NCBI GenBank assembly: GCA_039000165.1
Contig: JAWBTW010000004.1
Span: 4,228 to 32,370 of the forward strand
Reading direction: 5' to 3'
Source: Candidatus Aenigmatarchaeota archaeon
GTDB lineage: Archaea; Aenigmatarchaeota; Aenigmatarchaeia; CG10238-14; SCSR01
DNA length: 28,143 nucleotides
The notes beneath the pieces were generated by a model. It ran no database searches, was not told the origin of the DNA, and saw nothing but the letters and a program-made list of their open reading frames with translations. This document shows, one piece after another, positions 1 to 8,815 of the stretch (within the stretch, counting starts at the first letter, position 1; each line of letters begins with the position of its first letter). The position numbers and the translations under genes are program-made.

Positions 1-1
1 G

Positions 2-160
2 GCTAAGGAAGAACTTGTAAGAGAAAAAGAAAAGCTCTTGAGAACTCTAGAAATTCTTGAAAAGGAAAGAAAAGAAGGAATAATAAGCCTTGCCTCTTAT
101 ACTGAAATGAAGAAGAGTATAGAGGAAAGACTACAAAAGATAGAGAAAAAACTCAAGTAG
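2..160 (+). CDS. 3' end of a gene entering the window; coiled-coil/SHOCT-like C-terminus
   Basis: Open frame 2..160 reads AKEELVREKEKLLRTLEILEKERKEGIISLASYTEMKKSIEERLQKIEKKLK*; LE..RKEGIIS...Y.E.K resembles SHOCT-type tails; converges on the 153 ORF with an 8-nt overlap. Confidence 0.75.
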   Translation, partial: AKEELVREKEKLLRTLEILEKERKEGIISLASYTEMKKSIEERLQKIEKKLK

Positions 161-2447
161 ATTCCTTTTCATTTCTCTCGATTAAATTGTTAAAAGCTTG
201 CATAGGACTTTCTTTCTTCCTTTTCATTTCCATCTTTATGTCTGAGAGCAGGTTTTTAATTCTTTCCCTTTCTCTAACTTTTTTCTTCGTTTTCTTGAGT
301 ATAAAGGCTAAGGAAAAACAGAAAAAAGCAAAAATCGAAATGTAGATTAAATCAGATTTTGTTAAAGGTAATTCAGGTAAGCTGAAAGCAGCAGAAGGCA
401 TGCTTATGTTTTGAGTTATATTTTCGCTCAGAATTGTTAAACCAATAACTTCTTCCCTGGAAAAATCTCCTGAATAAACTTTGAAAGTTAGGCTTAAAGT
501 TTCTTCTTTTGCATCGCTTGGAATAATAAAAATAACAGGAATGTCAACCTTTTCCCCTATTCCAATCTTATCTACTTTTTCTTGAAGCTTAAAGTAGTTT
601 TCAGGCAAACCTGTCAAGCTCAAAAATAAGTTTAAAATTTCAGCTTGACCTGTGTTTACCAAGGAAAATATTATCGTTCTATTTTCTCCTTTTAAAATTC
701 TTATAGTATCTGGAACTACTATCGAAACTTCTTTCTTCTTGAAAACTTGAAAAGTTAAAGACTTGTTTGAGCTTAGGTAAGAGCCTTTTTCTGCAGTTAT
801 AAAAACTTTATAAATTCCCTCGCTTTCTGGAGCCAAAAACTCGAAGTAAAATATTCCAGAAGAGTCAGAATAAGTTGAAAGATTGAGCCCAAAATCTGAG
901 CTAACTTTTATTAAAGCGTTTGAAACCAAGTTATTAGTTTCATCTTTAACCAAACCTCTAACCTTAACAACTTCTTTCAAGCTATAAGAATTTTTGTCAA
1001 AAGAAAAATCTATAACTAAAAATTTTCTTGTCCCCACTGCATAAGCTGATAAACTCTTTGTCTCTATAATAGCTAAGTTGCTAACTGTATCTATGGTTGC
1101 TACTTCTTTCTTCCATTCTGAGTTGCAAAGCTTGTTTGAGGGATTAAAGTCGCTACACTTGTAAACAACTAAATCCTTTTCGTTAGCAACCTTTCTTTCA
1201 TCATACTTCATCAAAATTTTAGCACTCGAATAAGGAAGTTTGAACTCAAAAACAAAAAGTCCTGCAACTTTTATTCCTTCCACATCGCTATCAAAGAAAT
1301 AATACTTTATAGGATCTTCAAAGCTGCTAACAGCTACGTTATAAAGGTAAAGAGTTGCTTGAGGGAAGATTACCTGCAAATCATAATTTCCAGGAACCAG
1401 AAAGCCAGAATAAGAGCCTGAAGAATCTGTAACAAACCTTTTTTCCTGCCCATCTTTTAAAAACTTTATTTCAGTGGGAATTCCTTGGTTATTAATATCA
1501 ACAATTTTCCCAAAAGCTTGAAAAACATAAGCTATTGTTTTTTTCTGTGCTACAGAATAATTTTTGTAGTTCATGGTAACTGTTAAATCATATTCTCCTG
1601 GACTCAGTTCAGGGGCTTGAAACTCTAGCTTAAAAGCATTCCCTGAAGAATACAAGTTTATCTTATCTTTTTCTATTTCTTCTGAACCCACTTTAATCGA
1701 CAAATAATCTTTTGTCAATAAAACTGGTTCCCCTCTTTCTAGAGCAGAAATCGTTAGGGTAATAGAATCTCCTGCTCTTACTTCCTTTTTATCTAAGAAA
1801 AAGCTTAACTCTAAGGGTTGCTTAACTTCAAGAGTTTTTTCAAGTTTTATTTGCTTGTTTCTGTAGCCTTGGACAGAAACGTTGACTAAAACTTCAAGGT
1901 TGTAAGTTCCTAATGTTTTTGGAACTTCTATCAGTAAAGTATAGGAAGGAGAAGAATAATACCAACCTTTTAAGTTTAACGGTTTGGTAGAAAAACTAAC
2001 CTGAGCTTCGGTTAAAGGCAAATTATCTTTTTTGATCGAAAGAACAAGCTTTGCCACTTCATCCCCCAAATAACCTTGGCTTAAAGATTCTATACTTGCC
2101 TCAAGAGTAGAGACATAAAAGTTGGAAAGAGAAGAGAATTCTCCTGAAGAATTCTTGCAAGTTAGGTTAATCGTATAAAGAAAAGGTTTCAAAGTATTTT
2201 CAAAAACATAACTAGGAATTTCTGCTCTAAAAACATCTTCTTTTGTAAAGGGGAAATCCATTTTTATAGGTTGTTCTATTCTTCCAGAAACTTGTGAAGC
2301 GTTGCTACAGTTAACTAAAATTTCAATTTTTTCGCATTCATCAGCTAAGCAAAAAACGTTTTCTGGACTAAGCCTAACTTCAAAAGCATAAGCTTTGCTT
2401 AGAATAAAGAAAAAGACAAAAGCTGAAAGAAAAAAGAGCTTTTTCAT
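153..2447 (-). CDS. Large membrane-anchored multi-Ig-domain surface protein (carboxypeptidase-regulatory-like, PGF-pre-PGF-like and NPCBM-associated/COG1470-like modules)
   Basis: Start moved to ATG 2447 (MKKLFFLSAF..., ATGA overlap with the MinD stop). Signal peptide ending AYA; beta-rich repeats (TDSSGSYSG, SDSSGIFYF, LVNTGQAEILNL); C-terminal TM helix and basic cytoplasmic tail. Confidence 0.8.
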   Translation of the reverse strand: MKKLFFLSAFVFFFILSKAYAFEVRLSPENVFCLADECEKIEILVNCSNASQVSGRIEQPIKMDFPFTKEDVFRAEIPSYVFENTLKPFLYTINLTCKNSSGEFSSLSNFYVSTLEASIESLSQGYLGDEVAKLVLSIKKDNLPLTEAQVSFSTKPLNLKGWYYSSPSYTLLIEVPKTLGTYNLEVLVNVSVQGYRNKQIKLEKTLEVKQPLELSFFLDKKEVRAGDSITLTISALERGEPVLLTKDYLSIKVGSEEIEKDKINLYSSGNAFKLEFQAPELSPGEYDLTVTMNYKNYSVAQKKTIAYVFQAFGKIVDINNQGIPTEIKFLKDGQEKRFVTDSSGSYSGFLVPGNYDLQVIFPQATLYLYNVAVSSFEDPIKYYFFDSDVEGIKVAGLFVFEFKLPYSSAKILMKYDERKVANEKDLVVYKCSDFNPSNKLCNSEWKKEVATIDTVSNLAIIETKSLSAYAVGTRKFLVIDFSFDKNSYSLKEVVKVRGLVKDETNNLVSNALIKVSSDFGLNLSTYSDSSGIFYFEFLAPESEGIYKVFITAEKGSYLSSNKSLTFQVFKKKEVSIVVPDTIRILKGENRTIIFSLVNTGQAEILNLFLSLTGLPENYFKLQEKVDKIGIGEKVDIPVIFIIPSDAKEETLSLTFKVYSGDFSREEVIGLTILSENITQNISMPSAAFSLPELPLTKSDLIYISIFAFFCFSLAFILKKTKKKVRERERIKNLLSDIKMEMKRKKESPMQAFNNLIERNEKEST

Positions 2448-3391
2448 TTCCTTAACCCCCATAAAATGCTTTTAATCCTTTCTGAAAGTGAGGAAGAGTA
2501 GGTAAAGCCTAAAAGCTTTGCAGCTATTCTTTTAAATTCCAAAGAAGCCTTAGAATAAGGGTTGAGGAAAAAGGCTGGGAACTGTTTGTGAATGCTTTTT
2601 CTTATCGTTTTATCCTCTGGTATAACTCCAAGAACAGGAAGCTCACAAGCACTTTCTATTTCTTTATAGTTTAGCTGCTCTTTTTCTTTCCTGTAGCGAT
2701 TGACTATTATTCCCAAAGGTTTTGCACCAATTTCTTTACAAACCTCTATTGTTTTTATGGCATCTATAACAGAAGGAAGCTCAGGCAAGGTTACTACTAT
2801 CACTTCCTTACAAGCTTTTATTACTTCAACGCTACTCGAATCTAAACCAGGAGGAGAATCCACTAATACAATAGAATTTTCAAAAAAGTTCGAGCTCAAA
2901 ACTTTTGAAAGGTTGGAAATTTTTGCCTCTTCAAGGGAAAGAGAGGCAGGAATTATTCTTAACCCTGAAGGATGAATGTAAATCGCGCTAAGTATGTCTG
3001 CATTATCGTTTAAAACATCGTTAAGCGTTGTAGAGAAATAGTACATACCAAGCTGCAAACCTAAGCCAGACATCTTTAAATCAGAATCCAAAGCTATTAC
3101 TTCTTTCCCAAAACTCATTAGGGCGCAAGCCAAGTTTATGGTAACTACAGTTTTGCCTACTCCACCTTTTCCAGAAATTATACCTATTGTTTTTGAGTTT
3201 TTTTCTTGTTTTAGAGTGTAAACGTTTGATTTGCCTACGACAAAAAGGTTAAGTTTGCCTTGCTGCCTTAAGCTTTCTAGGTAGCCTGAAGCTTTGTCTT
3301 TGCTTATTCCTAGAGAATTTGCTACTTGCGTTACTGACATCAAATTTGAACTTAGTAAAGATAGAATTCTTCTTTCGATATTCTCTTCCAC
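2444..3391 (-). CDS. minD: wHTH-MinD/ParA family ATPase fusion
   Basis: N-terminal ~60 aa HTH (MSVTQVANSLGISKDKASGYLESL); deviant Walker A SGKGGVGKT; DSDL; Walker B LVDSPPG; C-terminal amphipathic helix LSERIKSILWGL. Confidence 0.88.
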   Translation of the reverse strand: MEENIERRILSLLSSNLMSVTQVANSLGISKDKASGYLESLRQQGKLNLFVVGKSNVYTLKQEKNSKTIGIISGKGGVGKTVVTINLACALMSFGKEVIALDSDLKMSGLGLQLGMYYFSTTLNDVLNDNADILSAIYIHPSGLRIIPASLSLEEAKISNLSKVLSSNFFENSIVLVDSPPGLDSSSVEVIKACKEVIVVTLPELPSVIDAIKTIEVCKEIGAKPLGIIVNRYRKEKEQLNYKEIESACELPVLGVIPEDKTIRKSIHKQFPAFFLNPYSKASLEFKRIAAKLLGFTYSSSLSERIKSILWGLRK

Positions 3392-3465
3392 AATTATAAT
3401 TTGTTTTTTGGCAATATTATTTCTTTCACATGTCAGCCATATAGCGAGAAAAAGGCTTTATATAG

Positions 3466-4203
3466 CTAAAGGTTAAGGGCAACGCTTAGCTTGTCTTTTA
3501 TTTGGTTAATGTACTTAATCAAACCCTCTTCCTTTTCTAAATAAAATAAGTTTGAGTAATAGTAGTTTCCGTCCTCGCTAACTATTTCCAATTTAATCTC
3601 ATGGGGGAACCAAACCTGGTAGCTAAAGGGAATAACAACTTCTGTGTTCTTGTTTTCCTTAATTTCAAGCTTCTTTTGTTCAAAAACCCATCCTGGTAAG
3701 AAGTTGCTAGGAATAACAAAAACTTTTAGCGATTGGTTAGCTTTAACTTCAAACCTTATGTAATTATCGTAAACCCTAAAGTTCTTTACTTGAAAAATGT
3801 TTTCAGGTTTTTTCTGGTTTTCCAAGGTTATGTTTAAATATTTTTCAAGCATTTCGTTCGCGTAGTAGACCCTTAACCTTAAGGTTAGATTTTCTGTTTC
3901 TGGAGAGTAGTAAAATAGTTCAAAATTTTTCGCTTCACCTGGCATTAATGTTTCTTCTTTGCTCCAGCCGGTAAAAAGAATTTCACTAGAGTTTAAAACG
4001 TCAAGCCTGACTCTTGCTTTGTAGGCAACGCTTCCTGTGTTGAAAAATTCTAAGTTAAGCTTTAAAATTCCATCTTTTGCTTCATAAAAAATTGCTGAAA
4101 AGTTTCCTTTGAGCTCAGGTTTAATCCCAACTTTTAAAATAGATGCTGAGCTTAGGAAGAAAAATAAGAGAAAAACGACTAAGAGTAAAATAAGTGATTT
4201 CAT
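3466..4203 (-). CDS. Secreted/membrane-tethered two-Ig-domain protein
   Basis: Hydrophobic N-terminus; LEFFNTGSV...LMPGEAKNF CARDB-like motif shared with the neighbouring proteins. Confidence 0.7.
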   Translation of the reverse strand: MKSLILLLVVFLLFFFLSSASILKVGIKPELKGNFSAIFYEAKDGILKLNLEFFNTGSVAYKARVRLDVLNSSEILFTGWSKEETLMPGEAKNFELFYYSPETENLTLRLRVYYANEMLEKYLNITLENQKKPENIFQVKNFRVYDNYIRFEVKANQSLKVFVIPSNFLPGWVFEQKKLEIKENKNTEVVIPFSYQVWFPHEIKLEIVSEDGNYYYSNLFYLEKEEGLIKYINQIKDKLSVALNL

Positions 4204-4206
4204 TTT

Positions 4207-4707
4207 TCACACCAAGCTTTCAAGAAAAGTAAAGTTTGGCTTCTTAACTATAACATCTATTTGCCCTGAAAAATTTCCTATTTTTTGGTCTTTAGAAGTG
4301 TTAAGAAAAACTACTATCGTTTCAGACTGGTTTGGGTAGAGAATAAAATTGTCCTTGCTAAAGCTAACAAAAGGTTTGATCTCGCCGTAAACTTTAAAAT
4401 AAACTCTCACTCTACTTTTTTCAAAGTTTGAGATAACAACCTGCCTTCTTCCGTAACCTGATAAAGGAATTACCCCAAAGTTAAGGTTCCATGGATCTGT
4501 AGCCAAGCCTACTGTTATGTTTTTTTCCTCAAAAGGAATTATCTCTACTCTTGAAGGATAGCTTGTTACTTCAAAAGTGAAGAAAAAGTTTGAAGATTTT
4601 TGAAAGCTCATGTTTTCTGCTAACCTTTTTGGTTCAGAGTACCCTGGAAATAAGGCCATAAGCACTGCTAGAAAAATTAAAAATAAGATAAAAATTTTAC
4701 TCTTCAT
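4207..4707 (-). CDS. Secreted/anchored single-Ig-domain protein
   Basis: Start likely ATG 4707 (MKSKIFILF). N-terminal hydrophobic helix; LNFGVIP...FSKDNFILYPNQ...GNFSGQIDV Ig-like pattern; overlaps the upstream gene stop. Confidence 0.7.
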   Translation of the reverse strand: MKSKIFILFLIFLAVLMALFPGYSEPKRLAENMSFQKSSNFFFTFEVTSYPSRVEIIPFEEKNITVGLATDPWNLNFGVIPLSGYGRRQVVISNFEKSRVRVYFKVYGEIKPFVSFSKDNFILYPNQSETIVVFLNTSKDQKIGNFSGQIDVIVKKPNFTFLESLV

Positions 4708-5644
4708 GCCAAAACCTGTAAGCAACTATTATGATAATAATTATTGCTACAATAAGTATTAAAAGCCAAAATGGAAACTCGAAAGGCTTTTCAGGTTTAA
4801 CTAAAGCTAAGGCAGGAAGAATTTTTATCGTTGAGTTTTTCTCCACGCTACCTGAAATATAATTAACTCTTGCGTAAACTTTGTATTCTCCTTCTTTTAT
4901 TCCATCTAAAGGTAAAAAAGCAGTTAAAGCCTTTTTCTCCTTAGGCTTAACCTTTTCTTGAGAAGAAGATAAAGTTTTAACTAAGTTTCCTTGAGGATCA
5001 AAAATTTTTATTTCTTCTGCTCTTGCTGAAATCGTTACTGTTCCTGTGTTGAGAAAATGGATTAATAGTTGCAAGCTATTTCCTGAATAGCTTCCTGTTG
5101 TTATATCAAGAATTTTGCCTTCTCTTATAGCAGTGCCAGGAATTTTAAAAAGGATAATAACAGGAGTTATGGTTGCTATTCCTATCCCTACTTGACCAAA
5201 AGAAGATTGTGGCAAGCTAGGCTTAGGAATTATTTCAACCAGATGATAGCCAGGTTCTGCGTTTTCTGGAACGTTTAGCAAAAAGTTTATTTCTCTCCAA
5301 CCTTTTATTGCTCCGCCAAGAGTTGGTAGTTCGCCAGAAGGTTTAAGCTCAACAGGATTTGAAAAAGTTTGAACCCATGAAGAAGTTTGCTCTTCAGAAT
5401 AGTTAAAAATATAGCTTTGATAACTTGGTGTGTTAAAAAAATCTATTAAAGGTTGGGAAGGTTGAAGGTAAACTACTATGGTTTCGTCTGAGGGAGAAAC
5501 TATAAAAAAACTTACTGGTTTTGATGAACTTTTTTGAAGCTCTCCTAAATCGATAAAAGAAGGTGAAACTCCTACTGAAAAATCTTTTGCGTAAGCTGAA
5601 GAAAAAAGAATTAAACAAAAAATTGAAACCATAAGCTTTTTCAT
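4697..5644 (-). CDS. Two-Ig-domain membrane-anchored protein, DUF916/DUF3324 (WxL-interacting)/pilus-chaperone-like architecture
   Basis: Start likely ATG 5644 (MKKLM). Signal peptide AYA; FSVGVSPSFIDL start; LNVPENAEPGYH; second domain FLNTGTV...GEYKVYARVNY; C-terminal TM helix. Confidence 0.65.
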   Translation of the reverse strand: MKKLMVSIFCLILFSSAYAKDFSVGVSPSFIDLGELQKSSSKPVSFFIVSPSDETIVVYLQPSQPLIDFFNTPSYQSYIFNYSEEQTSSWVQTFSNPVELKPSGELPTLGGAIKGWREINFLLNVPENAEPGYHLVEIIPKPSLPQSSFGQVGIGIATITPVIILFKIPGTAIREGKILDITTGSYSGNSLQLLIHFLNTGTVTISARAEEIKIFDPQGNLVKTLSSSQEKVKPKEKKALTAFLPLDGIKEGEYKVYARVNYISGSVEKNSTIKILPALALVKPEKPFEFPFWLLILIVAIIIIIIVAYRFWHEE

Positions 5645-5740
5645 ATTATTAATTTGAAGTTTCAAAATTTTATTCTTGAAAAAATTATCTTTAATATTTA
5701 ACAATAATGTTTAAATATCAAGGTAAACAAAATTTTATAT
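5645..5740. promoter_or_regulatory. Divergent promoter region; TATA box TTTAAATA (5710-5717) for the 291-aa gene
   Basis: Very AT-rich intergenic gap between divergent ATGs; TATA ends about 24 nt before ATG 5741, consistent with a leaderless archaeal transcript. Confidence 0.55.
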
Positions 5741-6616
5741 ATGAAGATTGAAAAATTGGCTCTTTTAATCAGTTTAGCAAGTTTGCTGGGAGTAGCTTTT
5801 ACAGTAAGCTTAACTAAGCCAGCTTTTTCAGAAACTTCAAACCAGACAAACGTTACTGTAGAAGTAAAAGGAGTTTGCCAGATAACAGTTGCACCAACAA
5901 ACCATACCTGGTTTAGCGTTACTCCAGGCTCAGAAGGAGGAGTAAAAACATTAAACATAAGAAATAGTGGCTCAAAAAACCTTACAAATATTTATGGCTA
6001 TGTTGACACACTCACAGTAGAAACCACTAACCCAATTCCTACAGGTGATCCTTCAAGATATGCTTCCGGTGGAGTTCTTGTTTTAAACGCAGGAAGTGGC
6101 TTTTATTATGTAGGAAGGTTGGAATGGAATGTGAGTAAACCAGCAGGAGCAGGTAGTAGTTATTGTGATGCAACATGGTCAACTTGGGGTTGGTACAGAA
6201 ACGCTACTGTAGGGAATTATCTTTGGTGTATGGTTAACGCAAGCGACGGAACTTGTAATGCAAGTAACGCAAAAATCTATATAGAATCTGATGTTGACAC
6301 AGGTGACCCAAGTACAAGAGACCCAGATAAAGGTGGCAACGTTGAAAGCCAAGGTCCAGATTGGGCAATATTTGGTTTTAGTGATGGACCTTTGGCTGGA
6401 CACTGTGTAGCCTTATACAAAGACTGCACAAAAATATACATATATAAATATGATCCAACCTTTGGCGACTGCGATATGGAAAGTTTCATAAGAACAGAAG
6501 CCTTGACACCAAGCTCAGAGTTTTCAGTTAGCTTAGACGTTTGGGTACCAAAGGGAATTCCAGCAGGATGGTTAGCTTCTAATTGGCTAACTATTGAAGG
6601 AAGCTGCCCACCATAA
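5741..6616 (+). CDS. Secreted 291-aa protein, candidate major filament/surface subunit
   Basis: Sec signal peptide (AFS); N-terminal alternating strand QTNVTVEVKGVCQITV; VTPG; LNIRNSGS; C-terminal LDVWVPKGIPAG...LTIEG; 8 Cys; no membrane anchor; several N-x-S/T sequons. Confidence 0.65.
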   Translation: MKIEKLALLISLASLLGVAFTVSLTKPAFSETSNQTNVTVEVKGVCQITVAPTNHTWFSVTPGSEGGVKTLNIRNSGSKNLTNIYGYVDTLTVETTNPIPTGDPSRYASGGVLVLNAGSGFYYVGRLEWNVSKPAGAGSSYCDATWSTWGWYRNATVGNYLWCMVNASDGTCNASNAKIYIESDVDTGDPSTRDPDKGGNVESQGPDWAIFGFSDGPLAGHCVALYKDCTKIYIYKYDPTFGDCDMESFIRTEALTPSSEFSVSLDVWVPKGIPAGWLASNWLTIEGSCPP

Positions 6617-6659
6617 ACCTAAGTAAAAACCCAGAAAAACTTGGCTTCTTTTTAGGTTT
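6615..6659 (+). terminator. Imperfect hairpin with T-rich tract after the candidate major subunit gene
   Basis: AAACCTAA (6615-6622) pairs with TTAGGTTT (6652-6659); inner CCAG/TTGG; TTCTTTTT tract. Confidence 0.4.
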
Positions 6660-6700
6660 CATTCTTTTGAAATTTATTGTTAAAATTACAATTTGATATT

Positions 6701-7963
6701 ATGAAAAAGTTTCTTTACCTCTTTATCATCTCAATTGTAGCAATTCTTATTTTTAACTTCATTTCTACCTTTTTTTCTTTAAGAATTACAGGCTTTGTTG
6801 GAGCTAATTTTTCCGTTAACATTTCAGAAGTTTTGAAAGGAGAGCTTTTGATTGGCTATAAAGAGCAGTTAAACTGGGGTGAGTTTCAAAACATAACAGT
6901 AGATTTTTTAAACGTAGGAAGCGTTCCTTTTCAAGAAAAGATTGAAGTTAGAATATATTACAACTACGGTGGAAAGCTTCAACCTTTAGCTTATTATTAT
7001 GATTCCATAGTAACTTTAAAGCCAGGAGAAAGAAGAAGTTATAGAGTTAACTATCTTCCGCCTACCATAGGAACCTATTATATAAAAGTAAGGGTTCCTT
7101 ATGACGGAAAAACTGTAGAAACATGGAAAGCCTTTATAGTAATCTATATTCCTCCTCCACCTCCTGTTCAAATAATAACCCTGCCTCCCCCTGAAGTTCC
7201 TGCTCCACCTGTTGAAGTAGTTGAAACTGGAAAACCTGGAATGGAAATAGATTATCCAGAAAAAATAACTTTAGCTCAAGGAGAATCAAAACTTTTTAGT
7301 GTTATAGTTAAAAATACAGGACAAGTTTCTTTAAGGAACATGAGGCTAGCGATTTCCCTTCCTAGCTCTTTTAGCATAGAGGTGAACCCAAAAGAAATCT
7401 TTAAAGTTATACCGAACGAAACAGCAGTTTTTCTTGTTTATCTAACAATTCCGAACCAAACTTTGCCTGGAACCTATCCTTTAGATTTTGAAGTGATAAC
7501 CGACAAGATAAAGGAAGGAAGAAGAATAAGCGTAGAAGTTGTTTCGGGTTTACCAGATATAGAAAAAGAAGTAAAGGAAACGATTGAATACTATGAGTAC
7601 TTGATTTCAGAAATCCAGAATCAAATAGATGCTGCTTTTTTGAAAGGAATTGACGTAAGCAAAGCCCAAGAAAGCTTGGATAAAGCAAAAATAGCCTTAG
7701 AGCAAGCAAAAACCTATTATAACCTAGGAAAATACTTAGACACTAAGAAAAAGTTAGATGAAGTTAAAGATCACTTACAGGAAACAGTTTTCCAGCTTTC
7801 CTTAGCTTTAATTCCTGTTTATTATCCTGCTTTTCCTTTCTTACCTCTTATCCTTCTTCTGATAATAATTTTAGCAATAATCATAGCAATAATTCTTTCT
7901 AGAAGAAGAAAGAAAAAAGAAGAGCTTAAGAGACCAAAGCTTTTGAGAGGAATAGAAACTTAA
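6701..7963 (+). CDS. Membrane protein: Ig domain, Pro-rich linker, NPCBM-associated/COG1470-like Ig domain, helical stalk, TM helix
   Basis: Start likely ATG 6701 (MKKFLY). FLNVGSV...LKPGERR; IPPPPPVQIITLPPPEVPAPP; VKNTGQVSL...PGTYPL; coiled-coil; TM followed by RRRKKK. Confidence 0.75.
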   Translation: MKKFLYLFIISIVAILIFNFISTFFSLRITGFVGANFSVNISEVLKGELLIGYKEQLNWGEFQNITVDFLNVGSVPFQEKIEVRIYYNYGGKLQPLAYYYDSIVTLKPGERRSYRVNYLPPTIGTYYIKVRVPYDGKTVETWKAFIVIYIPPPPPVQIITLPPPEVPAPPVEVVETGKPGMEIDYPEKITLAQGESKLFSVIVKNTGQVSLRNMRLAISLPSSFSIEVNPKEIFKVIPNETAVFLVYLTIPNQTLPGTYPLDFEVITDKIKEGRRISVEVVSGLPDIEKEVKETIEYYEYLISEIQNQIDAAFLKGIDVSKAQESLDKAKIALEQAKTYYNLGKYLDTKKKLDEVKDHLQETVFQLSLALIPVYYPAFPFLPLILLLIIILAIIIAIILSRRRKKKEELKRPKLLRGIET

Positions 7964-7987
7964 GTTAAAAAATCAATAAAAAAATTT

Positions 7988-8242
7988 ATGGGACTTTTTT
8001 CACCTTTTGTCTACACAAACAAACAAGGAAAAAAGTTTTGGCTTCATGTTAGAGAAAAGGGAAAACAAAAAATCTATTATTTTTCAAAAGATCCTACAGG
8101 AGCTCTAAGAGATTTGCCAAAAGGTTATGAAGTAGTGGAAAACCCAGTAACAGGAATGCCTTTTCTAAAGAAAAAAGAAGCAAAGGGCTTTCTCTCAGTT
8201 TTGAAACCAAAGAAAGAAGAAAAACAAGAACAACAAGCTTAA
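7988..8242 (+). CDS. Small conserved hypothetical protein (YTNKxGKxFxLH...LPxGYEVVENxxTGxPFLKK type)
   Basis: Clean ORF with ATG; motif pattern recalled from a small uncharacterised prokaryotic family; amphipathic ends MGLFSPF and KGFLSVLK. Confidence 0.75.
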   Translation: MGLFSPFVYTNKQGKKFWLHVREKGKQKIYYFSKDPTGALRDLPKGYEVVENPVTGMPFLKKKEAKGFLSVLKPKKEEKQEQQA

Positions 8243-8267
8243 ATAGTTTGCTGTTTATCAGTATTTC

Positions 8268-8744
8268 ATGGAATTTAGCAACCATTCAGTAGTAACACTT
8301 CAAATACTTTTGAAAATGATTATAGTTAATATAATAGTCCTACTAGCACTTGTTTGTGTGCATGAGTTTGGCCATTTAACTATTGGCTTACTTACAGGCT
8401 GCTCAAGCGCAAGAATTGTTCTTTTTGACACAAGTAGAGAAGGCCCTTATACTGAGCTTTTTTGCAATTCTTCTAATTCATTAACTTATTCAGGAGGAAT
8501 TTTGTTTAGCTTGGCTTTTTCTTCGCTTTTCCTTTTTTTAAAAGAAGCTGAAGACAAAAAGCTTTTTTTTGTAGCTGTTGGTTTATCCTTAATGCTTTCT
8601 GGCCTTGACATAATAGCTTTAACTTCCACTTACTTTTCCTTTTATTTTACAACAATTTTTGGTTTTTGTCTTACAATCTTTGGAGAGTACAACATAACTT
8701 TAAACTATGTAAAAAAAGAAGAGCTTTTAAAGTACTACCTTTGA
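8268..8744 (+). CDS. Small HExxH integral membrane protein (M50/site-2-protease-like)
   Basis: TM helix ending VCVHEFGH, about 4 hydrophobic segments, candidate third ligand in SGLD. Confidence 0.6.
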   Translation: MEFSNHSVVTLQILLKMIIVNIIVLLALVCVHEFGHLTIGLLTGCSSARIVLFDTSREGPYTELFCNSSNSLTYSGGILFSLAFSSLFLFLKEAEDKKLFFVAVGLSLMLSGLDIIALTSTYFSFYFTTIFGFCLTIFGEYNITLNYVKKEELLKYYL

Positions 8745-8815
8745 AACTTAAGATTATCTTGAAAGACAAAGCTACAAGATTATTAATTTAGAATACAATT
8801 TTATATTGTGAGAAA

